From Lingula anatina (lineage: Eukaryota > Animalia > Brachiopoda), in contig CM120640.1 in NCBI GenBank assembly GCA_051362555.1, forward strand, positions 63,032,788-63,096,787: a stretch of DNA of 64,000 nt. Direction: 5' to 3'. The notes under the pieces are model-generated. The model searched no databases and was not told the DNA's origin. It saw nothing but the letters and a program-made list of their open reading frames with translations. Shown here piece by piece: positions 47,422 through 61,000 of this stretch. The position numbers were made by a program, and so were the translations under genes. The stretch's first letter is position 1, and each line of letters begins with the position of its first letter.

Positions 47422-49239
47422 ATGCTAGCTCCGGAGCCAGACGAAAACTCCAGTAACAATATAGAAAGTTCAGTTGTTAGATCAACCGCTATTAGAGTTC
47501 ACAGTGGTGCTGATGAACGAAACATTGCTGCAGTGTTACAAATATTTAGGACAGCAGAGCCAAGCGAGGACGAGGAAAACGTGGATGAGGAAGAGGAGGC
47601 CGCAAATGTTCCCGTAGTTCTAAGACAGTTATTTGCGAGTAAACGTACCGGCCACAAGTAAGCATACCCCCAATACTACTGAAGTCTTGATAAAATAATC
47701 AGCAAAATATTTCACTATTATATTTATATTGAATATACACAAACAACATTAATATAAGCCCCCCCCCCCCAGCCTCGTGGACACTATTTTTGTGCAACAT
47801 TGTTTCTTTTTGTATAAAAAATCGGGCTGTTGCTATGTACACTGTGCTTACTACAAATGGGAGTTTTCCCCAAATATTTATTTTAAAGTGCTATCCTTAT
47901 TACAGCCATGCATCATGGAAAATGGGATAACCAAGGACATTTTTAATTATAACTTATTTAAATACGTAGGCCCATTTGAAGAAAATAGAAAAGTGAAAAA
48001 TGAAATTAAACGGGGATTATCATACAAGGCGGTTTTTAGTTGGAAATGATACACAAAAACAGCACTTTCACAACATCAAACACTCCAAATAAACAAGATC
48101 TATTTCAAATTCAACGTCAAACAAGTACGTAGAAATTCTAGTACGTAGAAATAAGGTACTAAAAATCGCATGTTTAAATACCGGCATTGTAACATACCTT
48201 AATAGGGTGTCAGGCCACGCCTTTCACACGGTCCAAAACAGGAAAAAATTTAACTTAGCTATTTGTTTTCATTATAACTTTCAAGTTCCTATGGTATATA
48301 TGAAAATATATGTGCATTGAATGGGCTTTCTAACAATATCTATAGATATAACAATGTATCATTTCTGCGCTGTAAACCTCCAGCCACGAAAATACGCCGT
48401 GAGAAATCGCCGGTGCGCAGACTGTTTTTGTGTCAGAACAGATACGCCTTATAATTACTTTTTTCAGTGATTTAAATTGCTAGACTGATGTTAGAAAAAT
48501 TCCACTTGGACAAGCAATTCTTCCGCTGGCTTACTTTTAATAAAATAAGATTTAAAAAAGTGTTAGATGGACCAATATGATATTGAGAATGAGTGTATAA
48601 ATGTGCTCTATGTCCCCGATACATGATAGCATACGGAAGAACGGCACAACACGTAGATCTAGGCCTATAATTTTGGGACATTCATTTAGGGCATTTATGT
48701 ATTTCTGTTATGTTCCCTGGTAATCGCAGTGTAAGTGTATATGCATTTTTATAAATTGTATTCATGAAATCTGATATGAAACGAAGTGAAAAAAAAAAAC
48801 TATATAGTGTAATTATACTTTGTGAAAAGGGCGGGGTCACAACTTTTTAATACACAACTTTTGCTTGGCTCATCAATTCATTTTTATTGACGTTCTTTTA
48901 TTTTACAGAACAACCAAGCCTCCAGATTACATGGCCTTGTCATGGCTTACTCTCCTGTTTTGCTGCAACCCAGTGTGTGGTCTTCCAGCAGTTATCCTCT
49001 CCTTCCTCTCCGTGTCCGCCTGGGAGGAGAGAAAAGTCGCCCGTGCTAGGCGCTTAGGCAAAGCCGCCTTTCTTTGTTCTCTTACGGGAACAACAGTGAC
49101 CATGATATTTTTCATCATTGGGTTTTTCTGCATTGGAGTTCTTCCAATGATGTCGTATGTTGGGATAACATTTGGAGAAGAGGTTTCGAACACAATTAAT
49201 GTCACAACTACCACAATGGACAAAGTCTACGTTGGTTGA
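47422..49239 (+). CDS. CD225/dispanin family membrane protein (PRRT/IFITM-like), about 188 aa
   Basis: Exons 47422-47657 (acidic N-terminus) and 48909-49239, joined in phase 2. CD225 signature PPDYMALSWLTLLFCCNPVCGLPAVILS..AWEERKVARARRLGKAA, followed by a TM helix. Confidence 0.85.
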
Positions 49240-49979
49240 CTGCAATACTTGTTGTGGATAGAGTATACTTGAGGAGACCAACTGTCACAATGGAAAAAGA
49301 ACCTGTTGGCTAATTGAGGCTTAGCTTTACTTCTAGCCAGAAGAGGATGCATAAGAAATGAATATTTCAAATATTTATCAAGCCACATAAATTACAAAGT
49401 GATATCTGAGAAATGTATTCAGAAGGAAAAGTAAAGTAAGACCAATGAATACCTTGCAGGCTTAATGAACAAAAATGGAAGAATCTTTAAGTTTTATTTA
49501 TTTTTGTTAGTATACATAGATACTACTCATTTATAATATAATTATATAATTAATTTTAATATTGTAACAATTAGTCCACATTTATGGAATTTAATAAATT
49601 TATGTTTTCTGCTATTAAAAAAAAAAAAAGTAAACAAACTGTGAAAACATTCTAAAAAGATGTTACTTGGTCTACCCAAATTATGGAAGTTATACACTGT
49701 GCAAATTAAACCTGTTTTACATAATTGTTAAATAAGTTAATCTACTTATTATTTTTTTGTAAACAGTACAATTTTGTCTCATTAAAAAAATTAATGGGGA
49801 ATTGTTTTTTTTTATTTAGACAATAGAATAAGCTATGTACACTAGAGGTGTTCAACATAAAGTCTGCATATTATAACTACACTAACAGTTGCCAATGCAA
49901 CAATTATAAAACCTTTTTAATTTATAAAATACTAGGAAGTTCAACAATGATCAACATTTGTAAATATGTATATACTTAA

Positions 49980-50317
49980 AGGCATAAAAACTCTTCGTTT
50001 TGGCCAAAAAATGAATTTTCCTGGAGTAAACAACAATTTTCCCATACTCACCAATGGTAAATGAATCCATTTTTACATTCAAAGTTAGTCCCTGCTTTTT
50101 TTTCTAAAAAGTTTGTTTTTTTGTTATAATCTCTTAAGAGATTATAACAGAGTATAGCCATCAATGGAGGTCATGTGGTCTAAAGACAAGCTCAGATATC
50201 AGAATAATAGCTATAACTGCTGTTTTTGTGGTAAAACAGAATATATTATATTTCTATGAGTTGTTCACAATGTTTTTATTGTGAAATATAGATCTCGTAC
50301 AAAGAGTTATTATCCCT
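49980..50317. mobile_element. TTAA-flanked MITE (Kolobok-like), copy 2
   Basis: Aligns end to end with 14583-14907; TTAA on both sides. Confidence 0.85.
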
Positions 50318-50819
50318 TTAATTAATTAAGCAGATCAGAACTAACTACCATCAAAAACATGCATGTACCCTCACAAAATACACTTCAATCAAAACTGTAA
50401 CAATCCTATCACATTACGTCTGTAAACTTTCTTTTGATAAATAAACAACATGCAACAAATTTAACAAGCAGTAATTACACTTGCGAATGTTTGGACTCAT
50501 TCTGTCTCTTATTCAAGCAATATGTTGTAAAGTTGGAAAGTTTTGAAGCAACCATCCCTGTTATATCAGGTACATTGAAGCACAAACCCTGAATTTTAAT
50601 TGACAGTCTAGAGATTGCGCTTGTCGGGATTCTGACTGACTCTGTATACAAATGTAGTTAATTAACATAAACATATTTTACACTGTTTTCATAACATTTG
50701 AATTAAAAAGTAGTACAATTACTATTAAGACTATTGCATGTATATTAGTCAGCCAGTTGTATTTTACATAATTTAAATAAAGTTTTTTTAATGTATTGCA
50801 GGTCTTGCTATTTATTCTA

Positions 50820-51065
50820 ATAACCTCCGCCAAGGGGGTATTGTTTTTACCCCTGTTTGTTTGTTTGTCTGTCTGTCTGTCATCAACATAACTCAAAAAG
50901 TTATGGACCGATTTTGATGAAATTTTCAGGAACTGTCAGAAGTGGGCCAAGGAACAGATGATTAGTTTTTGGTGGTGATCTGGATCAATAATCAATCAAT
51001 AATCAATAATAATAAAAAATTACTACATTGGCGGAGGTCTGCGCTCTCAGAGTGCTTTTCTAGTT
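50820..51065 (+). mobile_element. Short Helentron-associated element (HINE/DINE-1-like)
   Basis: SubTIRs ACCTCCGCCAA (50823-50833) and TTGGCGGAGGT (51028-51038), a (GTTT)/(GTCT) microsatellite, 3' hairpin GCGCTCT-C-AGAGTGC and terminal CTAGTT. Confidence 0.85.
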
Positions 51066-52024
51066 TCAACTGAATTCTCCAAGAGAGATGCAGCCTTGTG
51101 TAAAAGCCCGAGTAGTGAGTCCAGCATTAGATTTAAAAAACTTTACTTATATCTCCATATCCCTGAACTCAATATAAATCCACATGCATAAATACTTAAT
51201 TATCTGACAAGAATATGTTAAATGGAGGGATTAGTTCACCACTGTAGACAGCATAGTTATTGCAATGTGTACTTTATGCTCTCCTACCTAGAAAGCTATA
51301 TATAAAATAATCACAGGACAGACGAGAAATTATCACCTACAATAAATACTTTTACATTATATTTACAGGTATATATTAATAGATATATTTTAAAATTTAT
51401 AAAATTATTTATTCTTGGCAAACATCAAATATAACTCTAGCGATGGGACAATTCTCATCAACAAAAAAATCACAATCTTGTAATACTGTAGGTGAAAGCA
51501 ATATCATACATATCCACATCCCTTCTCCAAAAGGAAATAATTCAAGTACATGTACTGGTTCGGATGTGGTTTAATATCAAATCATCATTACACTGAAAAT
51601 TTCACTCAGACCATGTAATATGAGAAATAAAGAATGAGGAAAGACAGTCCTTGTGGAATAAAATTAAAAAAGAAAAAGTAAGTTTAATAATACGCTCAGA
51701 CTAAGATTCAGACCTTGAAATGAAAAAAAAAAAAAATTTTACCAATTAAATGCTATTAACAAAACTCCATTTTGAGACTCACTCACTCACAACCCTAAAA
51801 CAGATCTAGGAACAGCTGCGCTTTTTTGGCTTCATAATGTTACTTAATTACATTGCCTAATAAGTTGCTATCTTAATTAAAGTAAATAAGATATAAAAAT
51901 GTTTAATCATCACCATGATCACCCAGAATACAATCACTAATTCATCCATAAAATTTTGATTCATCTTTTCTGACCTTTTTACTGGTTCTTGACGCACTTG
52001 CAATGATTACTTAACCATATCACC

Positions 52025-55000
52025 CTATGAAGTCTTATTTTTCTTATTATTTATCAATTGTTGCTGTCTTCTTTCTAACTTTTTGATGTTCTCTTTCAGA
52101 ATCTCATTATTTGGGTTCAGCTTCAGAGCCTGGTGGTAGTGAAACTTTGCACTGTCAAATTCATCCTGAAATTTTCAAAATCCTCATTGTACTAAAATAA
52201 ACAATGTCACATTTAGCTACAAGGGATATTAACAACATATAATTTATTTCAGGTAAATTACCTCCTTAAAAATCAATATCTTTAGTCTGTGATTACTCAC
52301 TAGAAGATGATAAATTGCTCCAAGGTTTAGCCAAGCTTGAGGCAAACTTGGATCCAGAGAAACTGCTGCTTTATAACTCTGAAAAAAAAAATTAAATTTT
52401 ATAAACTCAGTCAAAAGTGCTACTTAAGATTGCAAAATCTAACATATAACCCCCCCCCCCCCACACACACACACACACAGTCCACAATACATAATCACCT
52501 TGGCAGCCTGCTGATACTGTTTCAGATCTTTCCAGTGATTTCCTTCTTCATAGTAAATGGCTGCCCTGGTGAGTTTATCCACAGTCTGGGCACCAGGAGA
52601 TAAAGCTTTACTGATATGTTGCAGGGCCTACACAAAAAACATGACAACAGTTTTAATACTTGTACAACATGTCTTGCATAATGGAAGCAAAGGATATTTC
52701 ATAAAGGATCCATTAGTAAAAGGTTTTTAATAGACAGAACTAGGTGTGTTCTGGCTGAACATGTTATTCATAAGTACCTCACTAGAATGGTTTATATACA
52801 TCAACAGTAGATTCACTTCAAAGTAGATACAAATATAAGCTGTACAATAGCCAATTCAGCAACTGACATACAAAGAAACTGCTTCTGTATGACCCAACAC
52901 AAGCTGTTTGGTATTCTCACCTCTTGATGTCTTCCCAATATCCCACACAGAGTAGCTAGTTGCCTCAGAGCTTCCACATGCCCACCATCAGTGTGAAGAA
53001 TTTTCAGTAACAGGGCCTCTGCTTTAGAATATTGCTCCAGCCTGGTTAATGCCTGGGCCTAGAAATAAGATACCAAGTAAAGCATAAAAGATATGTTGGT
53101 GAATTCCCATTTCATCTTTTATGTAGGATAAAGCCCCTTTTGTTTCAATGCTTTTATTCACTTGCATCATTTTTGTAATTTTCTGAATACAAATTATACC
53201 AGCTATGCTTCAAATCATGAAGCATAAAATGTTTGATTGGTCACAGTCAGTCATATTTAATAAAGACAATAAAGGGCAATTCAAACATTCATTTGAGGAT
53301 CAGAATGAGTTACACCATATGCTCCACCAATAAAACAAATCAGTGTTGAAGTGACCTTCAAAGGGCAATACATTCTTACATAATGGCACATGGCATCCAA
53401 GTCATTTGGAAAAGAGCGCTCCAGCTCACTGAATATCTTCAGTGCCTCAGTTGTTCTGCCCTGGTTGAAGTAGAACACTGCCAGCGTGTCCAGGTTAATG
53501 GAATCTCGCTTAATAGACAAAGCCCTAGAAAAAGGAAAATATTTTACATAAGTATCTCTATAATTAAATGAAGACCATTTTTAGAGTCCATGATGACAAC
53601 AGGGCTCAGAATCTGTTGCTGTGCACATCCAACCTGTTATTCTTTTCATATACTTGACATTTATTATGAGGTCGGATCTGTCACAGATTTATTCAAAGTC
53701 AGCCAGTGGTTTATCTGCTAAGGCATTAAACATCCATTCTGCATGGAAGTATGTTAAATGCATCTGAAATTTCAGAATTTGTCACAGTCTATCCTGTAAA
53801 CAAGTGCCAGGCCCATACCCATAGGTGTTGGTTTTCAAAAGAAACACCCTTTTAGCCAAAAATGTACACTCTGAACCAAAATTTGTTCCATGTGCTCTGT
53901 GCCATATCTCAAGTTTGATCAACTAAGAGGGTTTTTGAGAAAAAATACCCCCCTTTGCAATTGCTGCCTACAGGCATTGCATTTTAGTACAAAGCACCAG
54001 GCATTATATGGCAGACTCTAAAAATCAGGATAGTTTCACGTGAGTTTACTTACACTAAACTCTATCTTATCCTAAACCCTTCAAAATATCCAATCTCAGA
54101 AAGAAGTGTAAGTCTAATCAGTGTCCAAATGACACCCCTGATTCTATTTACAAAGGACTTGTGATGTTTTATCTAGATACCTGGACATGGGAATATCAAT
54201 ATCATAACAGAATATTAGCCATAAATGAACAAAGTCAGTGGGGTTACAGTTGCAAACATAAAGGAAATACTATTTTCATAAAGACAGTAAGTATATTAAT
54301 TTAGAGATCCAGATGGTATTCTAGGGATCACATATTGCAATTTTATCTTGCAACTCCATTTTATGTTTCAAGAACAAGTGCAGCTATAAAAGCCAACCCA
54401 TTGCCAGACTTCTACAGTCCTGTAAAAACAATGACCAATACAAGAGCTTCGTACCTTAATCTGACTTTTGAAAGATTCACGGCAGCATAGCTTTCAAGAT
54501 ACAATGCCACATTTGTTGTCTTGTATCAACAGAAGTTTTTTTTTGGACTTAGAGACTTTAAGAACTAAAAAAGTTTAAAACTGGAGAAATATAGAAATAA
54601 ACCAGATACGATATACCCCTTAGAACTGTTTCAAGATTTACTATGGGGAATCAGGAGAAACAAATCAGTGGCTCCATAATCAGCCATCCATATGACAACA
54701 GCAGCAACTGCTCTTCAGGATTTAGAAACACTGCAGAAGAGGATCTAATACTAGCTTACAAACAGATTATTCTAGGGTATGTGGTTCCTTCAATCTGTTT
54801 GTATGGTATCATAAGCAACATATTAAACATTGTTGTCCTTTCAAGCAACAAGTTGAAAGATTCTCTGTATACATATCTTCTAGGACTGGCCATAGCAGAT
54901 CTTTTATCTCTTGTCCTCTTCCTGTTCAGTAGTTTGACAAGAGGACTTTACAATGGAGACTTTGGCTGGATGACATTTGAGGTGTACATATATTTTCCTT

Positions 55001-58000
55001 TTGCCTCGGCTTCTACCATGGCCAGTGCTTTACAAACTATAGCTGTGACCATTGAGAGGTTCTTCTGGGTCTCCAAGCCCATGAAATCAAAGCAGTTCTG
55101 CACCAGAGAACTTGCTGTGAAGGTGACCCTAGGCATCTACATTACTTGCATCATTTTTAATATACCTCGCTGTTTTGCTTTTACATTAGCCAAACAGGTG
55201 TCTTGCAACTCTACAGAGTCAGCAGATTTTTATCATTTCACTTATACAGAATTTGGAACAAGCTCTTTCTACATGGCTCACTCCTGGGTCAGCCTGATAG
55301 GGATTACTTTTGGAGGAATACTTTTCCTATTAACTTTCAATATATTATTGTTCCGGGCAGTGTACATTTCTAATAAAACCAGCATCACTATGGTGTCATC
55401 CAGCCAACAGCAGAGAACAAAACATCAGCAACGTCTAACCATGACACTGGTGAGTGTTGTAACAGTATTTTTAATTGGTGAACTGCCTTCTGCTATGGTA
55501 AATAGATCTGTGAGTGTTGCAATATATGGGCAAGGAGACATGAGTGTTCTGTCAAACCAAACATATCAGCTGATGAGCCTGCTTGGGACGACCCTGGTGG
55601 TGCTTCAGCATTCTCTCAATTTTGTTATATACTGTGTGTTCAACAGACGCTTCCGCACTGTTTTTAGGGTTCACACCCTTCGCTGCTCTACAAACACAGT
55701 ACATGATGTGGGCATTACTCTTAATAACTTATCATAGCAATGGAGTGAACATGTCAAAATTGTAAGGCAAAAATATTACAAATATGTATGGATACAAACA
55801 AGTACTTATATATTTGTCTCAGAGTCAAAAAAGTGTTGCTGCTGGTAATATGTGTTATACAATTAGATAATATTCTAGTTTAGAAGGGAGGCAGAAATTA
55901 ATGGAGGGCCTTCTATTGATTTCTAAAGGAGGACCTGTTCAAATTTCAAGAATGACCGTTGTGACATTTAAAAAGGTGGGAATTTCTCAGCAGCCTTGCA
56001 GATGCTTCAGTAGCTGGTAAATTAATCTTAATAGTGATACATGTAGCACATATCAGTGTTTACGCTACAGAACCAATCTGGTCACTATAGATCTCATTCA
56101 ATTTATAAGATAGAGTGTTTGGCAAAGCTGCAGGTGGCAATGAACAGTCCTGCAAATCTCACATTTAATCACAAAGCCAAAGAACTGATCCAATAGTCAT
56201 AAGTGATACATCTAAATGGCAGTCACTTTATTTTGTACTAAATTACTTCTGAGAAGCAATGAAATCTTGGTGAAATTGGGACAGACAGGAATTAATACTG
56301 TTGAATTAAACATGTGCACTGTGAATGAAACACATGAAATTTTTATTTTAAATTCTGTGAAGAATAATAATCCAAGGATAAACATGGAAGACAAACAGAA
56401 ATCTGTGTCGTATAATATGATTGATAAGCAACATTTCCTGACAACCTTTGAGAACTATAATTGCAAACTATACGGACACATAGAAAGTGATGCATTTCAC
56501 TTCAAACACCTGCAATAACCACATGGAACCAAGCGCTTAGGCATCATAACTGTGAACTTAATCCAAGGAATTTTTCTGCACTACAATTAACAAATGTGCA
56601 TTGCAAGGATAAACTTATGGAGGAATATATAATTAAATTCACAGGCTATGGCATCGTGATGATATCAATATGCATATTTGGCATCAGCGCCAACATGTTG
56701 AACTTAATAGTGCTCTCAGATCAGAAGAAGTTTTCACAGAGCTCTTACACATACCTACGCGGACTTGCCTTGACAGATATGCTGAATCTAATTTTCTACC
56801 TGCTCAGTGGTTTAGCAAGAGGCATTTTTCCAACAAACTGTGGATGGATGTTCTACGAACTCTACATATACTATCCAATTGGAACTATGTCATCAAATGC
56901 TACCATGTTACTTACTGTGCTTCTAGCTTTTGAGAGATACTGCTGGATTGCCCACCCTCTGAGGATGAGAAAGTACTGCAACAGAAAAATTGCCTTCAGG
57001 GCTACACTGGTTGCTTCCACTTTCTGTATTATATTCAATCTACCCAGATTTTTTGGATACTATGTTGAATGTCACATTAACTTGAATGACTCCAGTATCG
57101 CTGATGACAATACCAGGCACCATTATTTCTACCATGAAGTACAATATACAGACTTTGGGTCAAGTGGGTTTTTACAGGTATACTACTGGATACACCTGGT
57201 ACCAATTGTACTTGGCTCTTGCATTATTCTCATCATTTTAAACATGCTTCTCATAAAGCATACTCACAGAGCTCGCAAAAGGATACAGAACATGACTTCC
57301 AATGTTTTTCTACATCGCGCTCATGAACAGCAGCGCCTGACAGTTATGCTGGTTGGAGTGACATTTTTATTTCTTATGGGGGAGATACCTTCTGCCTTAG
57401 CCAGTCGCCTGTTTGCAAGACTACTTTATGGAGACATAGACAACACAGAGTTTATCATTGTTAATGTGGTAACTTCAAACCTGAATGTTGTACAGTATTC
57501 ACTGAATTTCTTCATTTACTGTGTCATAAACAGGAAGTTTAGAAAAGCATGTCAAAAAATGTTTTTGTGTAACCAATCTAATAGTATTGTGCCTGCTGTG
57601 GCCTGAGGAAGACTTTTACCATATGTGCAATGTAGGATCTTAATAATCTTGTGACTTAATAGAAATTTCAAGATGTTTAAAAAACCTCCGAGTTGTGTGC
57701 TTGATTTGGAATTGCTTGTAAAAACAAGATTTCAGCTGTGCTTTACAAGCTACATTATTGGATACTATTAGGTTAGATGTACAACCTAACAAAAAGAAAG
57801 GGGAATTATCAAAATACAAAAACCAATGTTTTCTTAAGAGATATACCCATTAACTATTTAATATAAATTTGAAACCAAACCTGAGGAAATGACTTCCAGC
57901 AAATTAAAAAAGCAACTTTAAAATGACTGAAAAGCATTCTTCCATCAACAGCTCTTGATTCATGATTGTCTGTACCTTTTAAACATGTCTTCTGCTTCAT

Positions 58001-61000
58001 CATTTCTCTCCAGTGTCCTCAGTGCCCTCCCAGCATTGGTTATAACTACTACATTGTTTGGCTGAAGGCTGGTTGCTTTCATGTAATACTGAAGAGCATC
58101 CTCATTTTTGCCTAGAAATGTGCATATTGTAAATACAAGAAAAGTAACTACTAGTGTCAAAATAGTTCTAAAATAAACCATGTACTCTGAATGATTTTAA
58201 TATTGTAAGTGGATAAGCAAGAAACTCACACATCAAGAGGTTGCAAAGAATGTCAGTCACCATCTGAAACTTTTACACGCACATAAACACATGCACACAC
58301 ACACTTTAATCATAAAAAGTAGTATGAAGAATGTGTAGTATTTTGTTATATATAGCTACAGGAGGTATAACATGCTACTTTGCCTACAAAATAATAAATA
58401 AGTCTTGCTTGCCTAAATAAAAAAAAAAATAATAATAATGATAATAAAGTCATGCTTTACTGTTGTCAGGTCATCAATCACAGCTCTGATAGAGAAGAAA
58501 AATTTATGAAACATGCAACAGAGAAATTAACACCAGCACACACTTTCTGAAATATTAATTCACTTGCAGTAATCTCAGGAGACAAGCCAATTTGCAATAT
58601 GTGAACTGCAAACACCAAACAGGATTTGTCCAAAGTGATTGATTATGCTTTTTTATGCTGTGTTTAGAGCAGGATTAACTTTGATTTTATATCAGTCTAA
58701 TATGTGTTACCAGTTAAAACTTTAGACTGTTAACTGTAAAAAATAAGCCCAGTCTAAATGCAGCTTAATAGAGCACGTGCAACCACCACAGACTCTTTCA
58801 CACTTCAGTTTTTGTTTTAAATCTCTCAGCCAAGCATAAATTCGTTGTTTCGCGAAGTAACCCTAACTCCTAACATGCAACCATCATACCTAGTCTCTGT
58901 AGAAATGCCCCATAATTGTTATAGGCATCGGCATTGTGGGGATCTTCCTGTATGACCCTCCTATAGCACCAGTCAGCCTCTGAGTGCCTGCCCAGTGTGG
59001 CTAGAATACCTCCCAGGTTAGTGTAGGGGTCAGTATAATGGGGATCTAGCTGGATAGCTCTGTGGAAGACCTTAATAGCCTCTTCACTGCGGCCAGTTTT
59101 ACTGGAAATAGAGATAAAACTCATAGATTACAACTCATAGATTACCAACTTTCTATTTAATTTAAACTCAATTCAATCTCTTAGTCTATTAAGTCAATTT
59201 CCAATCTGTGAAGGGTCTAAATTTGAAACAACTACCATCTTTTTCCAAAAATGACAGTACTGAAAAATACCTACATTCTCTGGCAAATTTTACAGTAGAT
59301 CAATTCAATCAAGAAGATAAATGTTAGTCAGTATTCTGCTGATTTTTCAGAATAAAATACAATTTACATGCAGCACCAAGGAAGACACACAATTCCAACA
59401 AGATATAAATGTCTTACTGCAGCACATTCCCCAGGTTGAAGTGAGCATTGGTGTGCCCTGGACTGATCTGTATGGCTCTTCTATAATGTGCCTCAGCATC
59501 CACAGGGTCATTCAGCAAAGTGCCAAGATTATTGTTGGCACTGGCATGGTTAGGAAACAGCCTGGAATAAAACTTCATTATCACATATGAAGGATTGCCT
59601 ACACGAAGGATTGTCTACCTATATGATAAATTACATTTATTTGTCATTGCTAATGGTGCAGAAACAAGATCATATTAACTAGAGGATCAGAGAGGCGATA
59701 CCGCCTCCGAATATTGTACCACCAGCTGGAGCAAGCGCATTCGTATAGACCCCCACATACACAAAATAAGGGACACAGCCACCAGTTTTGTGCTTGACAA
59801 GCTGTAAAAATGCAATCAACAAGAATTTTTAAACTATTGCAAAAAATATATATGGTACAATCAAATTTAAGTTCTTCGTAAGGTAGGTCAAGGGTCAATT
59901 TCAAGGTCACAGTAAATTGCCAGTATATGACTTCCTATTCAAGTTCAAGAGTAACTATGGACCTATCTCTGTCAAGTTTGAAGTTAAAAGAGAAAGAAAT
60001 TAGCAGAGTTCAGTTCATGATAAAAAGTAGGTCAAAGGTCAATTTCAAGGTCACATTTAGATTGCCAGTATATGACTTTCTATTCAAGTTCAATAGTAAC
60101 TATGGACCTATCTCTGCCAGTTTTGGAGATAAAAGGGAAGCAAAATTTGCAAAGTTCAGTTTATGGTGAAAAGTAGGACAAAGGTCAATTTTAATGTCAC
60201 ATTTATAATGCCAGTATATGACTTCCTATTCAAGTTCAATAGTAACTACGGACCTATCTCAGCCAGTTTTGGAGATAAAAGGAAAGCAAAATTTGCAAAA
60301 TTCAGTTTATGGTGTAAAGTAGGTCAAAGGTCAATTTTAAGGTCACATTTGGATTGCCAGTATATGACTTCCTTTTCAAGTTCAATAGTAACTATGGACC
60401 TATCTCTGCCAGTTTTGGAGATAAAAGGAAAGCAAAATTTGCAAAGTTCAGTTCATGGTGAAAAGTAGGTCAAAGGTCAATTTCAAGGTCACATTTAGAT
60501 TGCCAGTATATGACTTCCTATTCAAGTTCAATAGTAACTATGGACCTATCTCAGCCGTTTTGGAGATAATAGGGAAGCAAAATTTGCAAAATTCAGTTCA
60601 TGGTGAAAAGTAGGTTAAAGGTCAATTTCAAGGTCACATTTAGATTGCCAGTATATGACTTCCTATTCAAGTTCAATAGTAACTATGGACCTATCTCTGC
60701 CAGTTTTGGAGATAAAAGGGAAGCAAAATTTGCAAAGTTCAGTTTATGGTGAAAAGTAGGTCAAAGGTCAATTTCAAGGTCACATTTAGATTGCCAGTAT
60801 ATGACTTCCTATTCAAGTTCAATAGTAACTACGGACCTATCTCAGCCAGTTTTGGAGATAAAAGGAAAGCAAAATTTGCAAAATTCAGTTCATGGTGTAA
60901 AGTAGGTCAAAGGTCAATTTTAAGGTCACATTTAGATTGCCAGTATATGACTTCCTATTCAAGTTCAATAGTAACTACGGACCTATCTCAGCCAGTTTTG

